64,000 nucleotides of DNA from NCBI RefSeq assembly GCF_000181795.1, contig NW_003526943.1:2427666-2491665 (forward strand). The letters are read 5' to 3'. Under the pieces are notes generated by a model. The model saw only the letters and a program-made list of their open reading frames with translations. It made no database searches and was not told the origin of the DNA. Positions 24,568-37,511 of this stretch are shown here, in pieces (the first letter of the stretch is position 1; every line of letters begins with the position of its first letter). Source of the stretch: Trichinella spiralis (Eukaryota). The translations under genes and the position numbers were made by a program.

Positions 24568-27500
24568 GAAAAAAAAGTGGAATATTTTCAATTTTTCTAT
24601 AGTTTTGTTGTATAATTATTTATTGTAAACTTTTCTTTTTTTAAAATAATTTGCAACAAAATTTTTGTTTGTTTTTTTTTCGATTATTTACACTGCGAAC
24701 CAGTAGACTTTTTTTGGGAATTTTGCTGTTTTTTTAAATGAAATATATTCGAAATTTTCCTAGAACAATCGCAGTAAACTCGAAGAGCAAAAACAGTATG
24801 ATGAAATTTGCATGTTTTAATCAACTGTTATTTAATTGTTTTGATTCGGTTGAATTAATCTGTATGATTAGCTTATAATTTTTTTTTTGTTTTGTGTTTA
24901 TATTTAAATTTGTTGTTGGTTAAATTGTGCTTAAGTTTGGCTTTGATTATGATAATTGGATGCTATTCTCGAAGTGCGTTTCCTGTTTTTGTTCGACGAA
25001 ATTTTGAATGTGGTCGATGCGAATGGCTCGTTTGAATTTCCGCAAGCGGGATAATAAGTGTGATTTTTATTGCTTTAGCAGAAATAAGCTGAACGATTTA
25101 GAAAACAATAACGGCACATTTATTTGTTTCTGTTTCAAATTTCACGGATTCAATTTGCAATATTATAAATATAAATTGGGGGAAAATAATTTCGAATATA
25201 TTTTTACTTCAAAACAGAGAAAAGAATATTATTTATACAGTTATATTTCATTTCTCTTGAAAAGTAAAAATTATTCATGACTTTCTCAAAGGAAATAGAA
25301 AAATAACAACAAGGTGAATAGAAATTTTTCTTTTTTGACTTCTCCATTGACTAGAGCAAGATTTGAAAAATTTTCCCCATTCATCCAAGCGTAGCTAGCA
25401 TATGCAGAGGCGAAGCGGAAAAAAGCCTGAGGAGGTGAGTTGATTTGAGTAAAATATATACATGTTTTTAATCAACGAAAAAAAATCAATATTTCAAATT
25501 TATTGATTGATTTTATTTTCTATTTTTTTCTTTTCTTTATTTTTTTTTGTGATGATTGATTGATCACTTTATAATGTTAAGCTTGCTAGATAGCTGGTGT
25601 TGAGCTTTTCGTTTTCGACAATCAGTGTCACTTTGGAAACCCCGCAACGGATAATAACAGGGTAGAAATAAAATATTAAATGAAACATGAAATAAAAATT
25701 TGTAAACTGTTTGTTCTGAAATGATTTCTTTTTTTGGAGAAATAAATTTATTCATAAAAATAATTTCACATTCTCAGACTAGTTTTCTTTAAAGCCATTT
25801 TGCATATTTTTTTTCTAAAAATTTTCTCATTGTGCTGTTTGTTCTGCTTAATGCTTAATTTATTAAAAAGCCCGAAAAGATTGTTACAAATGTTGACAAC
25901 GAATTTCAGTTTCTGTCAATTTTTCAATTGGCAAACATTTCTAGCATTTCTGTCATCACATTTAACCATTTATTTGCACATTCACCTTAAAAACCGAAAC
26001 ATTTCCAATTATACAACTGCTATTGCCAGTACAATTCTGTTGAAATTAAAAAAAATAGATGTAAGCATCGTTTGTTTATTTATTTCTTTATTCAAATTAT
26101 AATTTGAAAAACAACCATTTCACAAAATAGCTCATGACATTAAATTGGAGAATTTATTTTTTTTTCTTTTATTGTTCATTTCAATCAATTATATAATTAA
26201 ATCGTATGATTTATTAATTGTAATTAATTTCTATTATAATAATAAATAAAGCTTGATGAAAATTTTCCACAAGAGAGAAAGTTTCAAAATTGTTCACTGT
26301 ATAAAAATAAATATATTTTTTTGACGTCATCTTTGTCCAAGCAATGCTCTGAAATTGCACACGTTGATAAAGTTGTGAACAGAAATAGGAACGGTGCAAA
26401 TTTTGTGGTTTCTATTCAATGCTATGATGACTTTATTCTCTGTTGTTGCAGATTTAATATTTTAAACAGAAATTATTAAACGAATATTAATAAATTTGAG
26501 AAAAGAGAAGTACAATATTCATTTTCAAATTTTTCATCATGATCATATTTTATGATTTATAACTTTTCCAAACACCTTGCTGTTTCAAACTTTGTATTCC
26601 CCCCCCCCCCTTACTACCTACTGCTGTTTGTCCTTGGCATTGTTTCCCTTCAGTTGGCGGTACTTTTTCTCATTGTTTCAACTGTTGTCAAATTATGAAA
26701 ATTTCTTTTCATCTTTGCGCAGCAAATTTACATACATACATATTTGTATGGATAGCAACGATAAAGCAATAATAAATTGTATAATTTTTCTGCTTCTTAA
26801 ACTTTTATCAAAATACTAATAAAAATTTGCAATGATGAATGATACAATTGTCAATGTGCATCATAGAGGCAAGTGGAGATTTCCATTTTTCTGGATTCAT
26901 TACACCCCATTTATATTCCCATAGGCGCTTTGTTAATGTGCTTTCAGCTTCAACTTTTGCTTGTATATACGGTGTAAACAGAACCAGATGACGTGAGTAG
27001 AGAGAGAAAAAGAATTGAGGTGCCAGAATTTGTCAATTCATGCAAGAGTTGCTTCATTATTGCTTATTCGATTAGCTCTTTTTCGTTGCTTCAACTTTTT
27101 TTTGACATTTTCCCCCTCTCTTCACATGATCCATATATCCATCCTGTTATGCATTAATTTTATTATTATTCCATTTTCCAATTTTTTTTGACATTACTAG
27201 AAATAAGTGAAGCACAATTCCGTCAAAATATTTTCTTCGAATCTTTTATTTCTATTAAACTTTCTATTCTTCAACTATCAAATGACAGATGGTCCGCATC
27301 TGTAAGCTAAGCAAGCGTTGTTTATTATTATTTATTAGCTGTTTACTTCGTTTGCTTGCGGTCTTTCTCTCTTCGTCTGTTTTATTCTGTTCTCTCAGTT
27401 GCTAACTTTTGGTGACAAGTTTCCATCACTCAGTCATTCTTCTCTGCCTCTTTGCACAACAGCATACATACATTTCTGCTAATCCAACATTAAGCATATT

Positions 27501-29426
27501 CTCTGTTGCTGTACAAATTGGATTGCAAAGTAAGCAATTTTGTTTCTTTTTATATTTAAATTAATAAATTGCTCCATCACAAGGAACAACACAATACATT
27601 TTTAAAAAGACAAAGCAAAAGTAAAATTATTTTGCAAACGTTATTTCTTCTGATGATACTTTATCTGAAATGATGGTAAAATGAAAAGTTGCATAAAGAA
27701 TTGAAATGTTCATTTTAAACTTAACAAAGAATAGGTGAAATTAGTGCTTTTTTTGACAAATCGAAATAATTTGCAACACAGATTTTAAATTGAATAAAAT
27801 CGACGAAAAAAAACCGTGAAATGAAATGGATTTATTTAAATTTAACAATTTTCAGTCAGGTATAATTGTTGCGTAATATAATTTTTCGGTTTTGTCATTT
27901 CGTTTGCAAAGAAAATTATTATTCATAATCGGTTTTGGTGAAAATTTTTCTGTGCAATTAAATTGTGTGTATGAGAAATATTATTACAAGCTAACAGTAA
28001 AAAGTTAACAGCAAATGTATAGAAATGTACAATAAATCATCCAATCTGGTATTATCATTTTTTTAATTGATTAATTATCCCCCCCTCCACCTAAGTACAG
28101 ATGGAGAATAATTTTATTTCAAAAGCAAAAAAGCAAATTTGTAAATAAATAAATAATTATTGCATTTTTGCTTAACAACAAAAAAAAGAGGTGTTTCACA
28201 ATATAGTTTCTAAACTTTGAATTAAAAAATTTCTTTTTGTTTTTAAATTCTCAACGTTGGCAAATAATATTCGGTGCTTAATTGTCAACGAATGATTCTT
28301 TTTCTTTGTTTATTTCTTATTAATTTTTGTTGTGGAAATAATTTTCAGTTTTTATTTTTCAAAAAACAAAAAATAATAAAATTTGTTGCTTTGTTCTACA
28401 GTTAGCAACAGTTTTTTTTGGTCGTTTTGCATTCGCTTACTACGATTTATTTTTTCATTCGTATTTATCAATTTTGAGCATCGGTATTTTTTTAAAATAG
28501 ATGTTGTGAATTTAATAAATTAAAAAAAAAGAAAATTTTTCAAATATACTGTACTTGAAATTTATGTACAGTTTTCTGATCAAAAAGAAAACTTAATTAA
28601 TTAAAATTGTATTAGTTTGTTGAAAAAAAATATGTGTTATTTTTTGTATTGTTGATTTGCAAGTAAGTTGATCGATTCGAAGCCACGAATCGAGTAGTAC
28701 TGTATGTACGATGGGAATTTGTGTGTGTGGTAGTAATAATATGGTAGTGTAGAGGGCGTGGCGGTTGGTTGCAGACTTTTTGAACACTTGTCGAACAGGA
28801 TGCGTGTAATGAGAAGAGAAGAGAAAATTTGAATTTCAAATTGCCACCTTCGAGGAGGACCAGTTTAAAAAATTTTTAAATTGACCCAAAATCGACGAGC
28901 TCAACTCCTTTGCTGTCAAATCGTTTGACCGTTTGGAAGATTTTTGAATCGAGAACATCACAATTGCAGTTCCAAGGCCCCCTTTGGCAACATTTGGACA
29001 GTCTGGTTGATTCGGGGGGGTCGTCATGCCGCCTTTGGCGACCGTTCACCCGGAATGCCAGCATTTTTACCGGTTGTTACCGAATTCTCTCTCTCTCTGT
29101 CTCTCTCCTTTCTACTACCAACCATTTCTTCTTTTCGCTTCTCAATTTGCATGCTATTTGGGACGATGGATGATAATTTTGCTTAATTTTATTTAAATTA
29201 ATATTTATCCGGTGATTTTGATCCTTTTTTTTTGTTTTTATTTGTTTTTTAGATTTTATGATCGGCCACGCTAATTAAAAACGACTTTGCGAGTCGACAG
29301 TCGACTGCTGTATTTTCTTTTGTTTTACGACAAACAACAAGCAGCACAAGAATATTGTGCTGTGTTCATTTGTTTGTTTGTTTGTTTGTTTGGTTGTTTG
29401 TTTGTGTTTGGCGACGTGGGCGAGAG

Positions 29427-32400
29427 ATGTCAAGAAACTTTCGACCGATGATTATTGTTTCACTTTTATTACTACCGACGCTGCTTTGGCCGTTGTTGAT
29501 CGCTGCCGCTGGCCAACAACGCTACGTCAAACGTTCAGACATTACCGGTGAGATTACTGTATTTAATTAATTGATTAATTATTTGTTTATTTATTAAAAA
29601 ACAAAACAAAACAACAACAATTTTACTTAAATATTATTTTCATCGGTTGAATTAGTGACCTTGAATTTTTGAAATTTGTTCACCCGATTGATTGCATTTA
29701 AGCAATATATATTTATATATATATTAGACGAACGACACTTTTGTCCGATTTTTACGCTTCGTTATTTGCTTCATTGAACCCAGCGTGTGATGCCATCAAT
29801 TTAAAGTTTTTTTTTATTCCTAAAATTATATCATCATTTCCAACGGAGATTAAAAGAAAACAATTTTTTAATTAATTTTAATTTAAATAATAATAATTTT
29901 TGTTCATTTTGTTGTTTATGCTATCTCTTTTCCGAGAGGAAATGTAATAATTGTCGATGAATGAATGAATGAATGGTGAAGAGATGAGTTTTATGAGAAA
30001 ATAAATATATTTTCAATACGACACAAATGTAAAAATTGAATATTCTCTCTTTTTTATTGAAAAAATTCCCATCCATCACCTTTTCTTTTTTTCTTCTCAA
30101 TTCAAGGATACAAACAAAATTGTTGAAAGTGTTGTTCGTTCCCATCAGCAATAATAATAATAATGCTTGAAATTGGAATTTTTTTATAGGTGAGATTTTT
30201 AAACACGACACCAGCAAATTAATCGACATATTTATTTATATAAATAGTCCATTTTGATAATAATAATTATTATTGTAATATTTATTTTTTTCAACTGTGT
30301 TATTTTTAATTGAAATCTTCGAAAGTAGTTTATTTTGGCTATAAAATCAATTTCAATGATCATCATAAAAGGTTTGTTGTTGTTGTTGTGTAAATTGTTG
30401 TTCCATTTTGAAAGTTTAATTTTTCAAAAAAAAAAGAATAAATAAATACACCAATGCTATTATATTTCGTTCGCTCTGACCGACAATGAAGAAAAATGAG
30501 AAGAAGCATTTGTGTTACATTTTTGTCCTGCTTGTTTGTCTGTTTCTATTTGTGACCAGACAATATTTAAATTATTTTTTTTTTCGAAATTATAAAAAAT
30601 TGTTTATATTTTGTAAATGAATGATTTCGGTTTTTGTTATGTTTTGTTGTGTACAATTTGAACATTTTGCTACTACAAATAATAATAACAACAATAAGCT
30701 ATATATATATATGTTCGATAGTGTTAAAAAGTTTCGGGATTTTCGAATGTTGCAGAATAATTTTTTCTTTTTTTGCATAATGTTAAAATCATTTGTGCTG
30801 CCGGCACACACGGGCAGATGCATCCGTGCTTATTAGTTCTTGGTTCTTGTTTTTTCCATTGTTAAAAAGAAGTTTCAAATTTTGAGTGCAATGCGCATAC
30901 ATAGCTTTTCCTTCGTTTGAAAATATAGTGAAAATTTGGCCGGGTGGAATGGATAGATTTATGGATGGGTTTCTTTGGCATCTGGCAGGTGCAGAAAATG
31001 AAATTTCAAAATGGCATTTCTTCTTTCTTACTGTAGAGTCGTCGTCGTCGTCGTCGTTCGCTCATTATAATAATGTGTTGTTGTTCTCTTAATTGTTAAT
31101 TTTTTTTCTGCTTTGAAAATTTATTTCCGAATTTGCAACATGTGCTTGTTTTTTAAATTTTGAAACCAAAAACAATTTGACGTAATTGTATGCTTACTTT
31201 TTATGATTATTCACGATGTATATTATTGAAAAATTTTTAAGTACAAATTTTCAAAGTAATTTTTTCAATTTTTTCTTGTGACAGATTGAAAGAAAAGTGA
31301 TTTGATTTAATTTTAGCACGCAAATTGTGAATATTTTTGAATAATATTTTTTAAGAAAATATTTCCATTAAAAAAATCCATCAAAAATGTGCGAAATATT
31401 ATATATAATTAGTGCACAAAAATTACTCTGATTGATCGATAATTAATTTTCGGGTTTTTGGTATGTAAGAAAAAGTAAAATAAAAGAAGGTGCGGTGAAC
31501 GTTTTTTTATACCAGTAATTGTCGATGTTTTGTCAATTTGTATTTTTCAAAAAATTTATGACAAATATTCGAAGAAAGGTGTGTTTGTTGTATGCATAAT
31601 AATTATTTAAAAGGGAATAATTTTTATTAAATATTTCGAATAGGTGTGTTGATTTTTTATTTCACATAAAAATTTCAATTGAAATAAATATCATGTGTTG
31701 ATGATGTTCGAAACGTTTCAGTTTGCGTGTTGGTCTGCTTTTCCTGAAGGCAAAAGGAGGGGCACGACTTTCTCGATCAAACAAAAACACTTTCATTATT
31801 ATTATTATAATATATGTATATATTATTAATGTTTGATTGATTGATTAATTATCTGTGAACATTGTGATTCATCGATAGAAGAAAAAGAAAGAGAACCTAA
31901 AGTTGATGATTTATTTGAAAATTTTAATTATCTTCTCTCAATTAAACAGTGATGAATCCACGATTTCGAACTCATGTACGTCCAAAGCAAGAAGTGATGC
32001 TTGGCGATCGGTTGAAATTACGATGCGAAGCTATTGGCAAACCCCAGCCGTACGTCCACTGGTACAGGAACGATCAGTTGATATCGGTATTGAAAAATCA
32101 AGCTCGGATTAAAATCAACCGATTCTCACTCACTATTCAAAGGGTTAATAAACAGATTTATTTATTTGTTTAATTATTTATTTGTTTGTTTGTTTGTTTG
32201 TTTATAGGTTGAACCTGGAGATGAAGGACAATATTCCTGTAAAGTTTGGAATCAGATAGGTCAGATTTGGCGCAATTTTACTGTAAAAATTATCGGTATG
32301 TTTTTCTTATGTAACAAATCTTCATTATTCATTCAACATATTCTGCTTAGCAGTTAATAAATAAATAAATAAATTTTATTTATCCACAGTTAAAAAAACA

Positions 32401-35400
32401 GAACAATATTGTTTTTAATTTTGAATTGAAATTTTTTACTATTTTCTATAATTACTGAAAAAGTAGACTGAAAGAGATTTTACTATTTTTATTTCTTTCT
32501 TCTTTATACATACATTTTTTATATGATGTATATTTCGTGTTTGTGCGTTTTTGCCTGCCTATGTATGCGTGCGTATATGTGTGTGTGTTTGTGTGTGTGC
32601 ATGTATTTAATATGTATGTTTTTTTAAACTTTCCCTTGTTAAACCGATGTAAGCAAAATATAAGCACTGATGATTAATTTCTGCTCGCAAAAGTAGTAGC
32701 TTTTCCTTTTTCGAACTTTAATGATATAAATTTTTAATTGAAAAAAAATTATAAATGTTTTATCTTTTTCTGATTTTCATCAACCATTCAACGAGAAATG
32801 TTGAAGCGCAGGTACGTACATGTGTGTTTTAAATGGTTTAAAGTTTTTACTGTAAGATTTGAATGTTGATACTGGATTTATTTCAATTTTATTTACATAT
32901 TGAAATTGTTGTAGCGTTCATTTTCTTTTCTCTTCTCTTCTTTTTACATATTTGTTGTTGTTTGTAAATGGTAAAATGATTATCATTTTTTGGAAGGCTT
33001 ATTATTGAAAATGGCAAAATATTTACTCTGCTTTTAATCTTGCTATTATTATTATTAGTTCTTAAATAATACCGATAAAATTATGATTGAAATTGATAAA
33101 CAAAATTATATGAATATCAAATCACAACAAAATTTTTTTTATTTATTGCCTGCAAGTTATGTTTCCCCTGAACTATGTGTTGCATGAAAGTGTTGTGTGC
33201 TGTTCCAGATTTGCCTCAGTGGAAGCATCGCATGCTGGAACATGGGCGCATGATGGCTTTGAATTCCAATGGTCAGTCAGTTCGATATGCAAATATATCT
33301 ATATATATATTAATTAGCCCCGTTTGGAATGTTGTCATTTTAACGTTGTTTGTTTGTTTACTTTTTTTCCTGTCGCTGAAGATCCGTCTGAGTTGAAAGA
33401 ATTCTTGGATCCGGAAGATTTGGACTTTATCAGTCGTGATCGAAATTTGAAAACCCACGCACGCTTGGACGATCTACCTCAAATGGACTTTGCCGGTCAT
33501 GTGCGAGCCGAAGCAGACGAAAACTTAGCCAACTGGAATAACAATGAATCGTCACTTTACACCACGCCCGCCTGGTTTAAACAGTTTGAACGTGAGAACA
33601 AACTTTTGAAAATTGTTTTTTTTCTTGTAATTGTATTTGGTGCAGGTGCACCGTACTGGTCGAAACCGGAAAGTGAGTTTCGCAATGTAGTCGCTTCACC
33701 GGCCGGTAGGGAGGCTAAACTCCAATGTCGAGCTAATGGTGATCCTGAGCCGCAGGTGATTTGGTATAAAAATGGCGTAGAAATTACACCAGATTTTGAA
33801 CGTCGAATGGGAGTAAGATGATATTTAATTGGTTGTTTATTGCTTTTGATTGGTTGGTTTGTTGTATAATTATTTTATTTTTAGTATCACGTGAGAAAAT
33901 GGAGTTTGATTTTGCCCGACTTGGTGCCTTCTGACGGTGGAGTGTATACTTGTAAAGTGTTTAACAAATACGGTGAAATATCTCACAATTATACTGTTCA
34001 CGTTGTTGGTAAGAAATTAGCGGCGAGTTGTTGTTCACTTTTTTCTTCCATAATGAACATTTAGAACGTGTGCCGCACAAGCCGATCATTGCTCCGTTGT
34101 TTCCCAAAAATCTGACAGTTCATGTAGGAGAGAATGCGACGTTCTCGTGTCCAGTATTGTCAGATCTGCAGCCTCACATCGAATGGTTCCGTCATAAGCA
34201 GGTGAATGGCAGTTGGCACGACAGCAACGACACCTGGTACGGGCAGATCATCTACTCGGATCCAGTATCGTTTCAAGAAGCCGGCACTGAAGACGACGAC
34301 GACGACGATGAAATGAACATTGATCCGTTTGTATTGTTTATCCAAAATGTCACTTTCGAACACGAGACCTGGTATTCATGTGTAGTTGGAAATGCCTTGG
34401 GCGTTGTCAGCAAATCAGCTTGGCTTACTGTATTGCCGGGTAAGAATAGAACATGACAAAACAGAAATGTGCAACATGTTGTTGATGATGATTTTTGTTT
34501 AAGCTGAAAATACCCCAGACGAAGCTAGCATATCCGCCTCATCTGCTGCTCATCAAGCGAAAAGTTTGTGGGCTGCTAGTGCGGTCGTGATAATTGCAAT
34601 CACGTCAATTTTAGCAATACTTTGTGTTTTTCTCAAGTAATCCATTGAAAAATGTTCTTTCAATTATAAATAATAATGATATTATTAACGTACGTGTTGC
34701 TTGTAGACGTACCAGAAAATTACGTCGACAATTGGAAAGTGAAAAAGCACAGTCGGCTCAGGGATACAATGGTCTGGTGGCCACGCAGAAGATGATCAAA
34801 ATCAACCGCAGTGATCAATACTTGAGCAACGGCTCTTTGGCACCGCTGATCACGATCGTTCCGGTCGGTCGACGGCGCATCAGCTCCAACACCGATCTGA
34901 CCGCCTTGTCCGAATATTTGATGGAGCCGGACCCGGCTTGGGAAATTGACCGCGACCGGCTGCAGTTGCACCGCGTGATCGGCGAAGGGGCGTTCGGGCA
35001 GGTCTGGTGTGCGGATTTGTTGCCCGACGATTCCTCTTCGTTGATTCGTCGTCGTACGGTGGCGGTGAAGATGTTGAAATCGTCGACCACCGACCGCGAG
35101 ATGTTGGATCTGGTGTCTGAGATGGAAGTGATGAAGAAGATCGGCAAGCATGTGAACGTGATCAGCTTGATCGGCTGCTGCACCCAGGCCGGGCCGCTTT
35201 ACGTGATCGTTGAGTATTGTTCCAACGGCAATTTGAGGGACTTTCTCAAAGCCCAACGGCCGGAGACCGATTTGTCCGACAATTACGAGCAGCCGAACAG
35301 CAAGCTTCGCAATCGGAAGCTGCTGACTCACAAAGACTTGGTCATGTATGCTCATCAGATTGCCCGTGGTATGGAGCATCTTTCTTCGAAGAAGGTTTGT

Positions 35401-37511
35401 TGTTTGAAAAACGTTTTACTACTGCAAATTATTATTTATGTGTAATTAATTGTATGCATGATTGACAGATAGAGACAGATATTTATTATTACACGTACGT
35501 TGGTTTGTAGTTTGTTCTTTTATCATTATTTTTCCATTTGTTTAAGTGTATTCATCGGGATTTGGCCGCAAGGAATGTGCTGGTGACGGAAGATTTTGTG
35601 CTGAAAATTGCTGATTTCGGTTTGGCAAGAGATTTGAAAGAAATCGACTATTATAAGAAAACGTCAGATGGACGTTTGCCTGTTAAATGGATGGCTCCAG
35701 AAGCGCTTTTCGACCACGTCTATACGGTCCAAAGTGACGTGTATGTCTTTGCTTTTAGGGAAACTTTTGTGTTGTGGTGGTGGTATCTTGTCTTGATCGC
35801 TTTCTCTACTCTCTCTATTATAGGTGGTCATTTGGCATATTGGTTTGGGAAATAATGACTCTTGGGGGAAATCCATACCCGTCGGTTCCGGTGGAAAAAT
35901 TGTTCATTCTTTTGAAGCGAGGCCACCGCATGGAAAAGCCACGTCATTGTTCCAACGAAGTCTATCAGATGATGTTGGACTGTTGGAGTGACAGACCTGA
36001 CGACCGGCCGACATTTTCTGAAATTGTTCAATATTTGGATCGACTGATTACAATTTCTTGTTCAGATGTGCGTTGATTCTGCTTTTTCATTTTGTATGCA
36101 AAAAATCATGGTTGTTGTTGTTGTTGTTGTTGTTTTGCAGAATTACATTGAAGTTCAAGCAAGCTTGACTGGTGATGAAGATTTCGAGACAGCTAGCAAA
36201 GAAGACGACGATGACGATGATGATGACGACGACGACGACGATTCTCCAGATGAATCATCTGATGATGATGATGATGACGATAAATCGAGAATGGAAACGT
36301 GCCCCATGATGACTGGCAGTCAGAAACGTCTGACTGATACAATTGCTGCGGCGGCGGCGGCACATCGGTCGAATATGCTGATGCTATCGTCGTCGTCGTC
36401 GTCTTCTACGCCTTATCCAATGCGGCACTTTTATGAAAGCGGGTTCAAGCCGCCTCCTTGTTTGCGTTCTCAGCATGCTGGTGGTGGTGGTGGTGGATTT
36501 TTTATCGAAATGACCGGCATGAGAACCGCGCTCAGACCTATAAGCGAAGTTTTCGAATTGGAAATGGACCAAATGGTGCCCGACAGTCCGAATGCTCTAC
36601 TACTAGCGGACAGTGGTCATTCGTCGGAAAATTCGTCCAGTCCAAGACAGTCTTGCTCCAGTGAGCAGCAGTCGTCTACTCAAGGCTCCAATGTGTCGGT
36701 CAATTCGAGCCATTCGGCACTTTCGTCTGGTCACGGTACCGACGGCTCGTTGACTGCGTCCAAGGAGGTGGACCTGTTGAAAAAGCCAAAAGATGCAGCG
36801 GTCGGTGGTAGTAATGGTGGTGGTGGTGGTGGTGGTGATCGACTGAACGGCAGACGACATTCGGTTCCGGATTTTTCCGACGCGTCCATGAGCGACGTGT
36901 TCACCGACGGCGGCTCACCTCCGGATCAGCTGGTCGTTCATCGACGTTGCTGGTCACCGCCGTTGACTGACCGCCCGCGGACCGCCGACGACGATTTGGT
37001 TGTGATCAAGCAGCAGAAAAAATCCAACCCCCGTGGTGGTGGTTGTTCGAGCTGTGAACAGATTTTTCAATCCAGCCGATCGTCGGATTCGTCCGCGGAT
37101 GCCGATGGCGATGCCAGCAGTGTGGTGGGTGTGGTACGAGTGTTGGCCAACAACTGTAGGCCAGCTTTGCAAATGCACGACCAACGCAAAGCACCACCAA
37201 CAATGATTGGTGATCATCGTCCGTTTGTACCACGATTTGAATATGTTCAACAGCAACAGCAGTGCTATCGAACACCAACAACAACAACAGCAGAACCAGC
37301 TGCACCGGCAACGCAGACGACAATATCAGCAGTGGAAGCAGAAACAGCGACAAAAATGAAAGCATGTCCAGAAAAATCATCCACGACAATAATGATAATG
37401 GAAGATGATAATGATAATGATGATGATGATGATGATGATGATGATTGCTGCACTGAACCGGATCCAGTGTATTTGCAGCTTCTTGTCGGCTCTCGTGAAT
37501 CTGTCGTGTAG
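29427..37511 (+). CDS. egl-15: Fibroblast growth factor receptor (EGL-15-like): signal peptide, 3 Ig domains, TM, split tyrosine kinase, very long C-tail
   Basis: Signal-peptide exon 29427-29547. IgI '[24 protein letters not shown]', IgII '[27 protein letters not shown]', IgIII '[15 protein letters not shown]'. TM near 34570-34635. Kinase 'GEGAFGQV', 'VAVKMLK', '[15 protein letters not shown]', '[10 protein letters not shown]', '[19 protein letters not shown]'. Confidence 0.95.
36204..36281 (+). repeat. (GAY)n trinucleotide tracts encoding poly-Asp in the FGFR tail
   Basis: Runs gacgacgatgacgatgatgat... read directly. A similar tract lies at ~37405-37445. Confidence 0.9.

Noticed and set aside
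32791..32811. Possible extra FGFR microexon ending GCAG|GTACGT
   Set aside because: It contains a TGA in the phase required by the flanking exons and has no good acceptor.
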